A stretch of 64,000 bases of DNA from the human T2T-CHM13v2.0 reference genome, Homo sapiens: the NCBI RefSeq assembly GCF_009914755.1, contig NC_060927.1; one strand, 5' to 3'. The notes beneath the pieces are model-generated. The model saw only the letters and a program-made list of their open reading frames with translations, was not told the DNA's origin and did not search any database. The position numbers and the translations under genes were made by a program. Below are positions 26,822-41,349 of this stretch, piece by piece; within the stretch, counting starts at the first letter, position 1; every line of letters begins with the position of its first letter.

Positions 26822-29800
26822 TATATTCTAAGGACCAAACAATGGCAAATACAACTTAAACTATTTTCAGTAACCATATTGTTTGTTGTAGTCTTCATAT
26901 TATTTTTCTGATTCTGTTATATATTTACGGTGGAGTAAAGATAGTAAGTATATTAGTGCTGCTCAGAATCAGGAATGTTTGTGTGGAACAAAGGAATGCA
27001 GATGTAAGAAGAGTTTAAATAAAAAGTCTTTATTCCAGAATGTGACCTGGAAATAGTGTAAAATCGTGATGTGTTTTGCCATAAAAATTCTTATTCCTTA
27101 GTTCTGTCCGCTGGAAAAGCCTTGAAGCAATGTCTAATCCAGAAGCAACAGCCACCCCCACCATCCAGATGGTGATCTTCACACACTACTTCCCTTTCAA
27201 AAGATCCAGGGCTCCTTGGAAAAATGGCTGATCCCAGATGTGGGTCAAGAAATATACGACATCTTCTCACACAAGAATAAGAAAAATATGATTAGGACTA
27301 TGCGAACTTTGTCAAATGGAGGCAACAGCCAGCTTGAAAAGGCCCCAATAGCTAATGATAGAATAATTTGAGGAACAATACAATAATACAATATCTAAAA
27401 TGAATGAAAACTTACCAAGTATGTTTCAATTCATAAGTTGATAATGACACTTCAAAAAATTCATTAGTTAATTTTGGAAAATGTTAGAGATCCAATTCAT
27501 TATTTTGAAAACTGGTTAATACAGAAAAAGAATTAAGGATTTATTCTTCCTTAATTATGCAAACTATGCCACAAGGTAAATAAATAGCTCATAAAGAATG
27601 TTTCTGTAGAGAAGTATTCAAGCTAGTAAATGAAGAAAGAATAATAGAATAGTGCATGCTGAAGCTCTTAATGAATTAATGGATCCAGGCAATGATCATT
27701 AATGGCTGTTAACATCTCAAAAAGAGAGACAACCAGACATTATATGACTCCTGATGGATGTACACAATGTCACTTGTAAAATATTCTTACCAAAAAAAGT
27801 CAAGCCTGAGTCTGATCAAGCATCTATATCAAACTACTAATTCATGGAAAATAAAAGGAAAATAAAGCATTCTTAACAATACCAAGGGGATATGAACAGC
27901 CAAATCCATAGACGAAAAACTACAGGACAAATCTCAACAAATAAATGGTAAGAAGAAAAAGATGGAGAACAGATACATTAAATATGCCTTAAGAGAATCA
28001 TTACTCAATTGCAATGTATGGGCCTTATTTGGATTCTAATTTAAGCAAACTATGTGCAAAACAGTCATGAAATCTTTAACTGACCAGATATCAAGGATAT
28101 TGTTAATTTTGGTGTGATATTCTGGTTATGTTTAAAGAAAGAGTCCTTATTTTTTTGGAGATACATATTAAAATATTTACAGATAAAATAATAAGCATCT
28201 GAAATTGCTTTAAAAGAACACAGTGAGGGTACCAAACAAGTAGAGATGAAACAAGATCGACCATAAATTGATAACTGTTGAATCCGAGTGATGAGTACCT
28301 CGGAGTTCATTATAACATTCTCTCAACTTGTTTAGATTTGAAATTCTTCATAATAAATTTTAAAAGTTCAAAACATCATTATTCCTTTTCATTCATCCAC
28401 CCATTCATTCAAAATATATTGAGTAACCACCAAGGATTTGAAAAGGAACAAAAACCTTTGGGTTTACACAAATCTGTAGGAAAAATTGACTGTATTAATA
28501 CAAAATAGAAAAAATAAAGGCACAATTCTTTTCAATAAAGGTATCCTCCTCTTCTCCATTCAGGTCACAATAAAAGCATTATATTTTATCAGAGCCAAGA
28601 TAAACTCCTTTCGCATTGCCATTCGCCCTCTACTCATCTAAAAAAATATATTCTTGGATGAGTCTCTAGGAGGTGAACTTCACTCTATCCCTACATAAAT
28701 TAATAAAGTAGGTGAGCCTGTGTTCATCAGCCTCGGAACACCCCTTTCAGGACCTTTTGTTAGCTCCATGCAGATGTCCTACCACAGCCCTGCCCTCCCC
28801 TACTCTATCAACTTGCCTGCCAGTGGAATATGCTACCTTTATAGGAGTGTTTGATTAAGCAGTCAATGCACTGTATTAAATGTTATGATATGTATTCAAG
28901 ATATGTATTTTGAAATACACATAGGTATGTGATTTCCACACAGAATATTAATTACTATGGTTTTTAAATTAAAATTCTTCCTAGAACATCTGATATAATT
29001 ATAGACATTCTGACCAACATTCAATTAGTCCTAGTTATGATTTATCTTTCATAATATATTCTAAAAGAATAAGTTACTTCTCTCCAAAGAATTCAGCTTG
29101 AATTAATCATTTTTATATCATCTCACTTTTTTATGTTCAGAAAAAGAAGGTACACATTAAAGAAGACTTTAAAGATTTAAAGTGGACTTTTTAGAGAAGA
29201 AAACAATGAGAACTAGGTCAAATTTCATAAAGAAAAGGACAGGATGATTGCTTCACAAACAAAAAAATCAAATTACACGTTGATGCAAGGTGGCTCTTGT
29301 CTGCTTTACATATCAGGAAAGGGTTTGTAGAACGTTGGACATCACACATGAAATGTGTCAAGTACAGAATTAGTAAAGTTAAAAAAGCAATATGCATACT
29401 GTATCTGCATAAATAGATATGCATACATATTTATTCATGTGGATATGTATAAATATAACAGAAGAATGTTTTCAAATTGTTGTTCTGATGATTCAGCATA
29501 GGAGGCCAGAGAGGAAGGTGGGCATAGCATCCAAATGCATTGATGGTTTCTTGGCCAATGTGGAACAGGAATGACAACGTACTCTAGTTGAAACACAAAT
29601 AATAGGCTGATGTGTAAAAAGCATAAGGAAAAACTCTTGGCATAGATGTTTAAGATGTACGTGTGTGTTAAATTATGAAATATCTATTGCAGTTATTCCC
29701 AGACTTTGGTGAGATGAAAGATGAGTATAAGAAAATGTTTAAACAATGACACTGGCATATGGATACCAACTTTCTCTTTTTTCAAGTAAATACACTTTAA

Positions 29801-30980
29801 ATTTCCATCTGCTGTCTTTTTCATTTTATTCAAAATGATATTTTAATGAAAAAAGTAGAAAAGACATAATTTTTTAACAGAAAAAGAAAATAGTCCCTTC
29901 TCTAATCACATAGACAGTCTAATGACAGGTATCAGTCTGGATACCATTTTAGCAGAGCTGGTTTTTCTTTTATTAAACTCTCTTAAAATTCAAATTTTAT
30001 AAATAATCTATATGCACAATGCAGAAAACCTGAAAAAGCATGGAAAATCACTAAGAAAAAAATAGTTTGAATCTCCTATCCCAGGATAACCACAACTTGG
30101 TATGCATGCACCTGGCATTTTTAATAGGCAATTAATAATTTTTATAAACCAAAAAGCTGTTATTCTGTACTATTCTTGTATTTTTTATTTAGCACCATAT
30201 CGTGAATATTTCTCGAGTATATATTCTTCCACAATATGATTTTTCACAGCTGAATACTATCATATTTACATAAACATAGAATCATGTACTTAACTTATCC
30301 CCTAATTGTTGGACATTTGTGGTATTTTTTCCCCTTTTTTTCTATAGTAAGCAATACTCAGATTTCCTGGGGTCTTTTCAGCCTGTGCTGTAAGAAGAGG
30401 TCTGCTTCACAGGACATCTCTTGTCCTCTCCCCTATTCATGTAGAATCTCAGCCTCTAACATCCGTAAGAGTCTCTAGGGCTGGATGTTTATGTTCACTA
30501 ACAGGCTGGCTCGGGTCTGGGGCAATGACTCTTCTTGTCAGTGTTCTCTGGGCACTTTGGTATCCTCTGGAAACCACTGGTGTCCCCAACAAGCTGTAAA
30601 TGGTCTACATTCTGTTTCATATTTGATGGAAGCCTAACTCTCATCTTATGTTTTGTGTCATTTTGTTCTAGAGGGATTCAGACCACACATTGTTGCTTAT
30701 CCCACAAGACTCCTCATGAAAACAATTTCTTCAGCTTCTGCTTGCAGGCCCTCTTTCTGCAGACACCAGACACTAAAGCTTGGTTTAGTCAGGGGGCAGA
30801 CAAAAATGTGCTTCCAGAGGCTCTACTTCCTCAGGCTCACCCAGACAGTGGCTAAATGCCCCCTAGGCATAGGCGGGACTCCTGCTGTGAGGAAAACTTT
30901 GGGCAGCCTTCTCTTTCTCTCTCTTTCCCTGGAATAAATTCCTAAAAGTGACTGTGTATGTTTTCAAGGGCTTTGAATGT

Positions 30981-31385
30981 TTTTATGGCTGAATTATGCC
31001 TCCCCACTTCAGATTCAAATATTGACGCCCTAAACCCCCAGTACCCCAGAATGTGACTGTATTTGAAGACAGGACATTTAAAGAGGTGACTACATTAAAA
31101 TGAAGCTTGTAGGGTGGGTCCTAATCCAATCTGACTGTTGTCCTTAGAGAGGAAATTTGGATCCAGAAAGAGAGAGACACCAGGGATTCACACAAACCGA
31201 GAAAAGACCACGTAAGGATGCAGTGAGAGGGCAGCCATCTGCAAGCCAGGGAGAGATGCCTCAGGAGAAACCAAACCTGCTGCTCTTTGGGCTTCCAGCT
31301 TTCAGAACTGTGAGAAATAAATTTTTGTTGTTGAAGCCCCTCAGTCTGTGGTACTCTGTTATTACAGCCCTAGCAAACTAATACA
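30981..31385 (+). mobile_element. MLT1B-like MaLR solo LTR
   Basis: Runs from ttatggctgaatt through cagaatgtgactgtatttg, ctaatccaat and cagaactgtgagaaataaa to ctagcaaactaataca. Possible 5-bp TSD aatgt/aatgc. Confidence 0.88.
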
Positions 31386-31909
31386 AATGCATACTCCAGA
31401 ATTGGGCACATCACATTGTACTTCCCATATTATTTTCTTCTTTAATTGTTGCCAGGAAATGGCAGAATGTCAAATCTGGAAGGATTTGCAGATCCAGGCG
31501 CACCAACAACAAGAAGTAATCACTGGAATTGCTCGCACAGCTTCTCCACATAAAAGTCCTGAAGCCCCACCTCGACTGACTGAATCAGTCCTCAGGGATG
31601 GGGCCCAAATTTGTGCATTTACAAAACCCTTCCCCAGAATTTACAGGACTTCCAATTAAAAAGATCACTGACAGCTCTCATTAAAAAATAAGATTGGAGA
31701 AAAAAATGTTATCATCTCTAAATAGTGACTGAGCAGTCAGCTTTGTTGAGAATCCTTTCCAGTAAATTGCACCACCTCCTTCTCTAGGTAAAGCGAAGTG
31801 CTTGTACCTGTCTCCAGTTCGCATCATAAGGATTTCTCATCAGTCCACCCGTAGGACTTTCCTTGCCCTGAAGTGATGATTACAATAATGAATATGTGGA
31901 TAATGATCA

Positions 31910-32110
31910 TAATAGGAGCTGCCATACATTGAGCACCTTCAGGCTAATCACTCTGAAAAGAGATTTGCATAAGTAACTCATTAGTCCTTAAAAACCACTG
32001 AGAGGTTTGTTATTATTTCAGTTTTTCAGATAAGTAAATGAAGGCTCAGAATTAGGTTCATAACAGTATCAGAAACAAAGTACATCCTTGACTTGGAACG
32101 CCAAGCTCTT
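31910..32110 (-). mobile_element. MIR fragment
   Basis: cattgagcacc...ttttcagataagtaaatgaaggctcaga. Confidence 0.55.
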
Positions 32111-32529
32111 GGCCATTTGAAGTAAACCATGATTCTTTTCAAATGACTCAAAAAGAAAATCTTAGTTTCTAAGGGGATTTCAAGAAAAGAGGATCATATC
32201 CCAAAACCTGGGTAGGCATATCTGTGCTGTCCCGTGGAATGAGGCAAACTGTGGGAGACCAGGAATAGATTTAGACCCACTCATTGGAGAGGGCAGGTAC
32301 TGAGGGCAGGTCTTGAGAGGCAGCCCAGGCCATAGGAAACACATTGTACTCAAAGTTCTTGACAGCACCTGAAAGATGACAGTCTTTGCAAGCTGGAGCA
32401 TGGGGTCCAACAATAATAAGGTGAAGCCTCTATCGGTGCAGAGAGCCTGGAAGTGACACTCAGAAGTCTGCCCCCACAAGTACAGCTCAGATGGAGAATT
32501 TGGGGGAAGCAGCATGAAGGAGAGGGAAT

Positions 32530-32665
32530 GTAGAAAGCTGGGTTTGAATTCTATCCCTTTTGGCTACGTGGTTTTGGGTAAGTTCCTTAGCTCCACTAAG
32601 CTCTGTTTTCTCCTTTGTAAAAAGAGAATGATAGCCTTGTTGGTGATGGGAAAAATTAAAGGCAG
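32530..32665 (+). mobile_element. MIR fragment
   Basis: ctgggtttgaattct...ttgggtaagttccttagctc...tttctcctttgtaaaa. Confidence 0.55.
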
Positions 32666-32783
32666 TATGACTACAGGAAGGGCTCAGCCTTTAGTGGTCA
32701 GTGTAGAAAGAATAGATTATTATAGTTGGAGTTTGAATTGGCCAAAGCAATGCTGACTCTCATTGTGTAAAAACTGTGGGACA

Positions 32784-33096
<313 letters not shown>

Positions 33097-34054
33097 TCAA
33101 GAGATCATCATCAAGACACAGGTAGAACTAGACTGGCTACAAGAATGGCCTATTTCAGAATCACTGAATGTTTGGACTAGGAGCAGCCTACAGGTGAGGG
33201 ACAGAGTGTGTGTGTGTAGGGGGAAAGGGAGGGACTGGAGGCATAGGACAGAAAAAAAAAAAAGGCAAAAATGTGACCCATAAAATCTGTATTATCCCAC
33301 CATTCCTAATAGGACATATTTAGATACAGGGGCTTACTTAAGCAAACCTGGCATTAGGACCGAAAGCACTTCCTTTGAAATCAGATAGAGCCAAATGTAA
33401 ATTTTTATTTAACCTATCAGCCTGGGTTTTTTTCTCAATGTTCCTCCCTTCACATCCAGGCTTTAGCTCTTTAGTCACTTATTCATAGTTCCATGCACAG
33501 GTGCTTTTCCACTGTATGTGTACACATTTTAAAGTCCAGATTCTGTAAAGTTTCACTCCAGGCTTTTATAAAAAAAAACCACTTTTTTTTCTTCCTAATT
33601 AAGAATATTTATGGCTACATTGCCAGAATTTCAGTTTTGAAAGCTTCTCGATAGGAAGAGTACCTGTGACATAATGGGAACTCAAGAAAGAATATACTGA
33701 AATGAATAAATGGACCAACAAATGACTAGATGGATGCAGTATCAAATGCTCTCCACATTTGCATTCAGACCAGGGCAGGAGAGAGGAGGAATCAGATTTA
33801 TGTCTTTTTGGACATTTTGAAATATAGCTCCCCAAGCTCTAGATTTTATTTGACCTGCCTTTCCTTAACTTGTAGGAATACGCTCTACCCTTTTCTTCCA
33901 AGATTTCTGTCACTTCCATTTCTATAACTCTTTCCCTCTTCCTTCATCTTTTCACTATTTAAGAAGATGGTTGGCTGAGAGAAGGTTTGGAATGAGTTAC
34001 ACTTTTTATAATTGAAGAAAAAAAACATTTTACAGATCTTTAAAAGATATAATA

Positions 34055-34369
<315 letters not shown>

Positions 34370-35619
34370 TTATTATTGGGATTAAATGAGTATGTTTTCT
34401 GTTTCTGGCATATAGTTCAGAGAAATTCCCGGTTTGGGAATACAGAAGAGGTAGTCAGAGGAAAGGTGCTTGGGGTACTGTGCTTCTTTCACAGCACCGA
34501 GCAAGCAGTAAGGGCTACTCTAATCCCAGCTCTCTCATAATATCTCTCCAGTGAATTTCTTGTCATTACAGGCAGTCCTTTATGCAATCTATGATTCTGT
34601 ATGTCACACACTACAGTGAAACAAAGACCAGCTAAATGCCATAAACCATCCAGAAGCCTTTTTGTTCCTCTAAGGAGACCAACAAATCTATTCTTATTGG
34701 TATTCCTGTTAAACCCTTATAAATACTGGTTAGTCCTCCATGGCCATTTAAGAGACTTTTATATGGTTTTTGAAATGCTCTCCAGCCATATTGCTTTTAT
34801 CTTTTTTTTTCTTTATTGATTTTTCTCCTTAAGACTTTAATTCACTCTTCTGCAGTTGCTACAGTCAAGAGAGAAATTCTGCAGATCACATAGAGATAAC
34901 ATTCCAACCCAGACTGGGTCACACCATCTCACATAAGAATACCAGCATCCTGCAGATAACTGGTCCTTTCCTGCTTTTCAAACCCTTTTGGTCTCTCTTT
35001 TCATTTTTTTTCTCTCCTTTAGTATTTGAGACTTAATCTTTCTTCAGTCTTATTCTTCATGCTGAGCTCATCTGAAATGTACCAATAATTGCTACCAGCT
35101 AAATCTGGTTTCATCATTCTGAAAATTCCTCATTGAAACCAGCCCTGTGGAATAAGAATCTGATCATTTCTGCAAGTTAAAGTGACATTTGGCATGTAGC
35201 TTTACCAATATATTATCATGTATGTATAGATAATTCCTGGGTGGGTTTGGTTATATTTCTAAGAGGTATGGGCATATAAAATTTAGCTAAATGCTTCAGC
35301 AAAATACCATTTAATTCTATTAAAGTATCATCTAAGTGGCAGCATTTTAAAAAACCTTAGGGCAACTAATCCTTTATGGAGTTTAATATTCTGCTGAAAA
35401 TCATCTTTAGCTTTGATTGCTAAGTAGACCAAGTCTTGGATACACTAGGAGAATGATTGCCTGATCTACTTTGTCCTTCAGATATTTTTTCTATTAAATT
35501 CAACAAATATTTTCTGAGTTCCTACAATGTGCTAACTACTACGTGAATATAGAGTTTAAAAAGGTATTGAATATAGAGTTAAAAGAGTCAAACTCACACT
35601 TAATATGTATGTATTGTAA

Positions 35620-36105
35620 GCACATATATGTTTGTTGCAGCACTATTCATAATAGCAAAGATATGGACTCAACCTAAATGCCCATCAATGATAGATTGGA
35701 TAAAGAAAATGTGGTATATATACACCATGGAATAGTACACAGTCATAAAAAAGAATGAGATCATGTCCTATGCAGGAACATGAGTGGAGCTGGAGGCCAT
35801 TATCCTTAGCAAACGAACACAAGAACGGAAAACCAAATACCACATGTTCTCACTTATAAGTGGGAGCTAAATGATGAGAACACATGGACACATAGAGGGG
35901 TACAACACACACTGGGGCCCACCAGTAGGTGGAGGGTGGAAGGAGGGAAAGGATCAGGAAAAATAATGAATGGGTACAAGGCTCAATAACTGGGTGATGA
36001 AATAATCTGTACAACAAACCCCCATGACACAAGTTTATCTATATAACCTGCACATGTACCACATGTACCCCTGAACTTAAGATAAAAGTAAAAAAAAAAA
36101 AAAAA
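35620..36105 (+). mobile_element. L1PA13-15-like 3' end (~490 bp)
   Basis: gcagcactattcataatagcaaag...cacttataagtgggagctaaatgatgagaac...ctgaacttaagataaaagt plus poly-A. Confidence 0.9.
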
Positions 36106-36954
36106 GACATACAAACAAACAAATGATATGAGAAATACATATTTTGAAATATATACTGTGATTGACTCTATCTAGAGGATCAGGGAAGGTTTCCTGAAGG
36201 AGGTAACATTTACAATTTTAGATTAAAATATCTTCAGGTAAGACCATTAATTCGTCCCTATACAAGTTCTGCCTTTATCCTTCAGGCTGAAGTAATCATC
36301 AATATCAATGTCACATGAAATCACTTATAGTCCTGTAATTTATAAAGGTACTGGCAACATTTCACAACTTGTTGCAATTATCTTCACAATATCATTGAAC
36401 ATTAAAGACAGGAGAGGAACAAGGCATGCCTGAAAAAAAAAGTGAAGTTGATTTTAGAGCTTTCTTTCCTATCTCCTGGTATCTTGTTTCCTCCCCTAGC
36501 CCACTAGCATCAACCTTGGGTCTTAATCCAGCCATACCCTGCTAAATGCTAATTGCTAAGTTAAGCATGAATTCCTATCCTTTCATATGTTTGGATTTTA
36601 ACTGGGCGAGGGGAGTCCCATTTGCTGGGAAATGCAGAATAGTAAAGCTAGAGCGGTGGAATGATTGACATTAGGGTTGACATCTGGAGAAGTGAGAGCT
36701 GTCTAGGTCTTCCAAAGACTGAATAATGTACAAATCCATGGCACTGTATAGTCAAAATATGACTTATTGGAATAAGTATTTCCATTCCAGTTTAAAGGGT
36801 GCACTGATTTTTCTCGAGGTCACAGAACAAAAAATGGAGTTGCCAGGAATCTATCTCTTCGCTTCTCTGTTCTAAACTCCCTTAGGCCATCCTACATTAG
36901 CTCTTAGTATTTATTATTAATTTATTTTATTAATTAAAACAGTTCAGTTAATAA

Positions 36955-37105
36955 CAATATACACTTGTGTAGTGATTTATAGTTTACCCTCCTGATTTCA
37001 CGTGATCTCATTTAATCCTCAAAAACAACCAAGTGATAAAACTGAGGCACTGAGGGGTGGAGAGACTTGTCCAAGACCACACAGCTGTTGGCAGGGCTGG
37101 CACTG
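36955..37105 (-). mobile_element. MIR fragment
   Basis: gatctcatttaatcctc...aaactgaggcac...gacttgtccaagaccacacagct. Confidence 0.65.
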
Positions 37106-37109
37106 GCCT

Positions 37110-38100
37110 GGCACGTGAGGGCCTGGGGTCTGTAACCTCTCTCCTGCCAGGGCGGACGTTACTGATGTGTTTGGGCTCAGCACACTCCTACAGCTGTCCA
37201 CTGTGTGCTCAACTGAAGAAGCCATTCTCCCAGACAGAGGGAGCTCTTCTGTGGTTAAGGATATAAAAAGAGCTGTGTTCTAAGGCCAGAATTTTCCCCC
37301 CAGTTCTTCTCAAGGTCCATTCAGAGGCTAACGTCGCATTTCTGCAGCCCAGGCACTTTAACTGTTATTATTTTTGTGTTTATTTTTTGTTTGTAGAAAG
37401 AGTCCGGGACATGTTGCATATTTACGACGCCAAAATAGGAAGTGTGTGATGCCCACTCGACCGCAATGAATTCCAAGGCATAAAGGCCCCAGAATCTCTG
37501 GATACAAGAAGTCCTCACTCTGCCATCCCTTCTTGAGTGGTGTTGGTGGACTTCCTATGTGATCCCGAGGTGGAGTCAGCTGGTGTAAGAGTTGGCAACC
37601 AGCTCTGCTCCATAGACGGCATTCACTTAGGAAGCACGACTGGCGGCTTCATGCGATTGGAGAGAAAAGGGGAGAGGGGGAGGTGAAGAGAGGAGGAGGA
37701 GCCCTCGGCAGAATTCCAAGTTCCGTGGCACTGGCCCCACGGAACTCTGGAAACAAGAATCAGGCTTGGGCTGCGCAGGTTCCAAGTCACAGGGCTTCCA
37801 TGGCTGGCAAGCGTCGAGCCGGAAATTCAGTTGAATAGAGCCCTAAATGTTTTTTTGTTTGACATTCATGCTTAACAGAAAATGATGAATCCATTAGCAA
37901 CTCCTTCCGTTGCCAAAAGAAACAGACTTGCACTTGTAGATTGCTTTCATTCTGCGCTATCAAGCCACTGCATGTGCTGCTTTCACAAAGCTGACAGTCA
38001 TCTATCATTTTTAAATGGGTTTAGAGGTACAGTCGTCTTTGTCTGAAGTGTGTGGATGTGTCAGCGTGAATGTGACTCATTAAAACAGACTGACCCAAAC
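37110..38100. promoter_or_regulatory. CpG-retaining candidate enhancer/promoter
   Basis: About 25-30 CpGs in ~1 kb of unique sequence, against CpG-poor flanks. Contains TATA-like TATAAAAA (37262-37269), ETS-type AGGAAGT (37437-37443), AP-1 TGACTCA (38073-38079) and a purine tract (37659-37701). Confidence 0.5.
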
Positions 38101-38900
38101 AGTTTAAATGGGATTCACAGTAGGGGGAAAATGTTTTATTTGAGGTTTGTTTGGAATTATTTTGAAGTTTGTCACTAATTTTGAAAAACAATGGGCTCAT
38201 TTTCCTAACTTCTTTTTCTTCCCTGAGATGTGTCTAAGAGAACAAATAGCTATATTATGCACTGTCTCAAAAACATGCTCTTTGGAAATGAAAAAAGATT
38301 CTATGATTATGAAATGTCAAGAGTTCCCTTGTGCTCTAGAACATTTCACATACTTAAATGACTTCATGAAACTCCCCCAAGTTTCTCTCTCTCTCCTCAG
38401 ACCTTTATCCCCAATCCATAAATGACATCTTTGAACATAATCTTTAGACCCGTTTTTCATCATTTCTATTAGCCTTTCAAGGAATGCCTTTTGAAGTCAA
38501 AGATTTAACATATGGATTAAATCTTCCATAAAATGGGTTTAAATATTAAGAGAAAAACACCTGGCTGTATGTATCTGGGTTCCACAGGACATTGTATTGT
38601 TTTAAATGCTTCAAGATGTTCAATAAAACTGAATATGGCCAAACTCATGTCCAATGTGGGCCTGTGGGCCCTCAAACCTGTTTCCAAATGGCTGTTTCTC
38701 TCTCTCTCATCTCGCATTAGTGTGAAGTTCCTAAAGCAATAATAGAAGGGCCAATAGCAGAAATTAAGAAATTAATTAAATTATATTATATGTATATATA
38801 TAATTAAGAAATTATATATATATCAATGACAAAATTAATTTATCAAGAGTTTCAATATAACTAGTATAATTGATCTTCCAAGTTTTCTCTATGGGCACAG

Positions 38901-39155
38901 AGGGATATATTCAAAATGTTTAACACCAATAAGTCATGGGCACAACCAAGTAGAACAGACATCATGGCAGGGTCCTGGAAGCTCCTTGCTGGATGAAGGA
39001 GATTAAAGGAGCCCCAGCATTGACATCAAGGAGGCTGGGACAGTGTGTTGGGGCAGGGGGCACTGAGAGTAGTGGTTATTTATTAACTCGTAGAGATGAA
39101 TTTCAATATTTTAATACAGAGCTGTACCAGTGTGTATTGGCTGAATTCCAGCCCT
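38901..39155. mobile_element. Old hAT-type MITE (MamRep38-like)
   Basis: Imperfect terminal inverted repeats agggatatattca ... tgaattccagccct and internal ttcaaaatgtttaaca / ttcaatattttaata motifs. Family name is from memory. Confidence 0.5.
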
Positions 39156-40279
39156 ACTTTTACTCCTTCGTTGCATAAATTCCTAGGATTTGAGGAAACA
39201 AAAGCAGGTATACCTTCTTATGTTTGAGCACTGCTCTATACTTACCCGCTTTTTTTCGTGTACGAACCCAAATAAACTGAGTGTCTTCTAAGGCATCAAG
39301 CACTATTCAAGCTGTTCTCATAGGAATTTGTTGTTAAAAGTGAGGAATGAGGATTAAAACATTAAAAAGGGTAAAACAGTAATTATGGTATTATTTAAAC
39401 ATTTCTAAAATTTCTTAGTCTTCACCCCATTTTACACAGAAGACTTCTAAATTTTTAGCACTACAAGGCACATTTGTAGAATAAAATACGTAGAATGTGT
39501 ATTTAACTTATGTCATATCTTTCCTTTAAGGAGTTAAAATGAGTTGTCATAATGATTTGACTTAATTAACCAATTCAGTCATTCCTTGCCACCACCACCA
39601 CTCCCAAAAAAAGGTAAATATTATGATACCCTTTTGCACTGGAAATGAAAACAAATGCAATTTTTAAGATCCTAAGCCAATCAAAGACCAGCTCAAATCA
39701 AGCTCTTGCATCCAAGACTGCTTTGACTGAGTTGCCAAGTGATCCCACAAGTAACATCTATGTAGGAGGAAGGGGAAATGCGAGCACTGTAAGACCTCAT
39801 CCTTTAAGGAAGTATAATTGGATGTCTCTTGTGTAACTTAGGCCATTTCAGAGCTTAAGATAAATACACATCAAATATAAGGGGGAAAAAGAGGAATGTA
39901 TTGATTTTATCCCACTGACAAAAAGAAAAAACAGTTTCTATTGAAATACATACAAATATATTTTAAAACATTTGATAAAGAAAACACAAAAAGAAACAGG
40001 ATGGACGGAAAGTTATATTCCCTCTAAAGTTACTGAGGACCAAAATGCAGCAGTTTATTTCCAGTTTTCCCAGACAACATGCAGTATAGCAGGAGATTGT
40101 CTTTCTGTTCGAAACTCCTACATTCAAGTCTAAAATATTTTATTTAAACTATCAATTTATTTGCTACATACAACTATATCCTCAATATTTATTTTAAATA
40201 TTATATATACTTTATAAAATATTTCAGAACAGTTACTGAAACTATAACCACATGCATTTTATTGAATATCGACAGATAA

Positions 40280-40470
40280 AATGCAGGCTTTGGAGTCAGA
40301 CTGTGTGAGTTTGTAGTCCAGTGTGACCACTTTGTGGCTCTTTAACCTTGGACAAACTTTTGTCTCTGGCCCCACCTTATAGGACAGATATATTAACATC
40401 ACGTGGTGAGGTGATGAGGACTAAATAAGATATGTTTGTAAAGTTCCAGCATACTGACTGGTAGAGAATA
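40280..40470 (+). mobile_element. MIR fragment
   Basis: gcaggctttggagtcagactg...accttggacaa...gaggactaaataaga...tgtaaag. Confidence 0.65.
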
Positions 40471-40647
40471 GATTTTGGGGTTCCTCTCTCTCACTGATAC
40501 ATCTTCCTTTTTCTCAGTGAACATTTACCTTTAGCAATCAAAGACATTAATGATTGAATATCTGGTCTTTCTGCTGCAAGGTTAGAATTTCTTCAAGAAA
40601 CAATGCCAATGCAACTTCAGGAATACCTGACCCCTCCTCCTGTTTTC

Positions 40648-40688
40648 AACCACTCAGAATCTGTCTCTAACCACTCAGAATCTGTCTC
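40648..40688. repeat. 21-bp-period tandem duplication
   Basis: aaccactcagaatctgtctc-t-aaccactcagaatctgtctc, two identical 20-mers. Confidence 0.95.
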
Positions 40689-41183
40689 CATCCTGGACTC
40701 TGTGTAGTTCCCAGTATCATATTTTCTGATAGTCTTAGAACTTAAGCCACCATTCCCTGCCACACTGATGCCACCTTGTTGATTACTTAACCAAGTGATT
40801 TCTTTCAGGTGGAAGAGATGTACCCAGGACCTCTGTAGAAGCAGGTACAAGCTACCAAAAGTTCCTACTTTATTTATTTTGAGTTTGGAATGAGCAACTA
40901 CAAGGAAAGGAAGAAAATTGTCAAATAAAAGAAAATTTTATAAATTATTTATAAAATCACATTCATTTAAAAGCTAATTCTACTCTTGACTGAATTGCAA
41001 ATGGAACTAAAATCTTTCTTGGTTCTCATACCTTTCCTTTGCTAGTTTAGGCATTTGTCACCTTTGGCTTTATTGATTTATTCAGAAAGTAGGTATTGAG
41101 TACCTACTATGTGCTAGATGCTGAGTAATTTAGACAGTTTGTGAATTGTTTCTTCTTCAAGTCAAGTCTTCCTTCTTCCAGTC

Positions 41184-41349
41184 TAGTGATTCTCAAAATT
41201 TAGTGTGCAACAGAATCACCCAGAGTGATTGTGAACACATTGACTATAGACTACTCCCCCAGGGTCTGATTTAGGAGGTCTGTGTAGGAGTCTGAGAATT
41301 CACATTTTTAACCTGTGGGTTCTGGTCTAGGAAACACTTTGAGACCACT
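41184..41349. mobile_element. MER5A (hAT-Charlie)
   Basis: tagtgattctcaaaatttagtgtgcaacagaatcacc...cactttgagaccact, preceded by tctag. Confidence 0.75.

Larger units (their letters stand above)
24400..28370 (+). mobile_element. Old L1MC4-like LINE (decayed ORF2 and long 3' UTR), interrupted by Alu, (GT)n and MER2
   Basis: ORF2 motifs (gaacaaatggaaagacatactgtgc, gaaaatccagaaataaatcca). L1MC-type 3' UTR motifs (ggctccttggaaaaatggctgatcccag; ggagttcattataacattctctcaactt...cataataaa). Confidence 0.75.

Noticed and set aside
40648-40688. Direct repeats (also at ~6789-6817, ~7243-7281, ~35545-35590 and ~47597-47628) as a possible CRISPR-like or array system
   Set aside because: Each is only a two-copy local duplication with no spacers and no shared unit, as expected from ordinary slippage.
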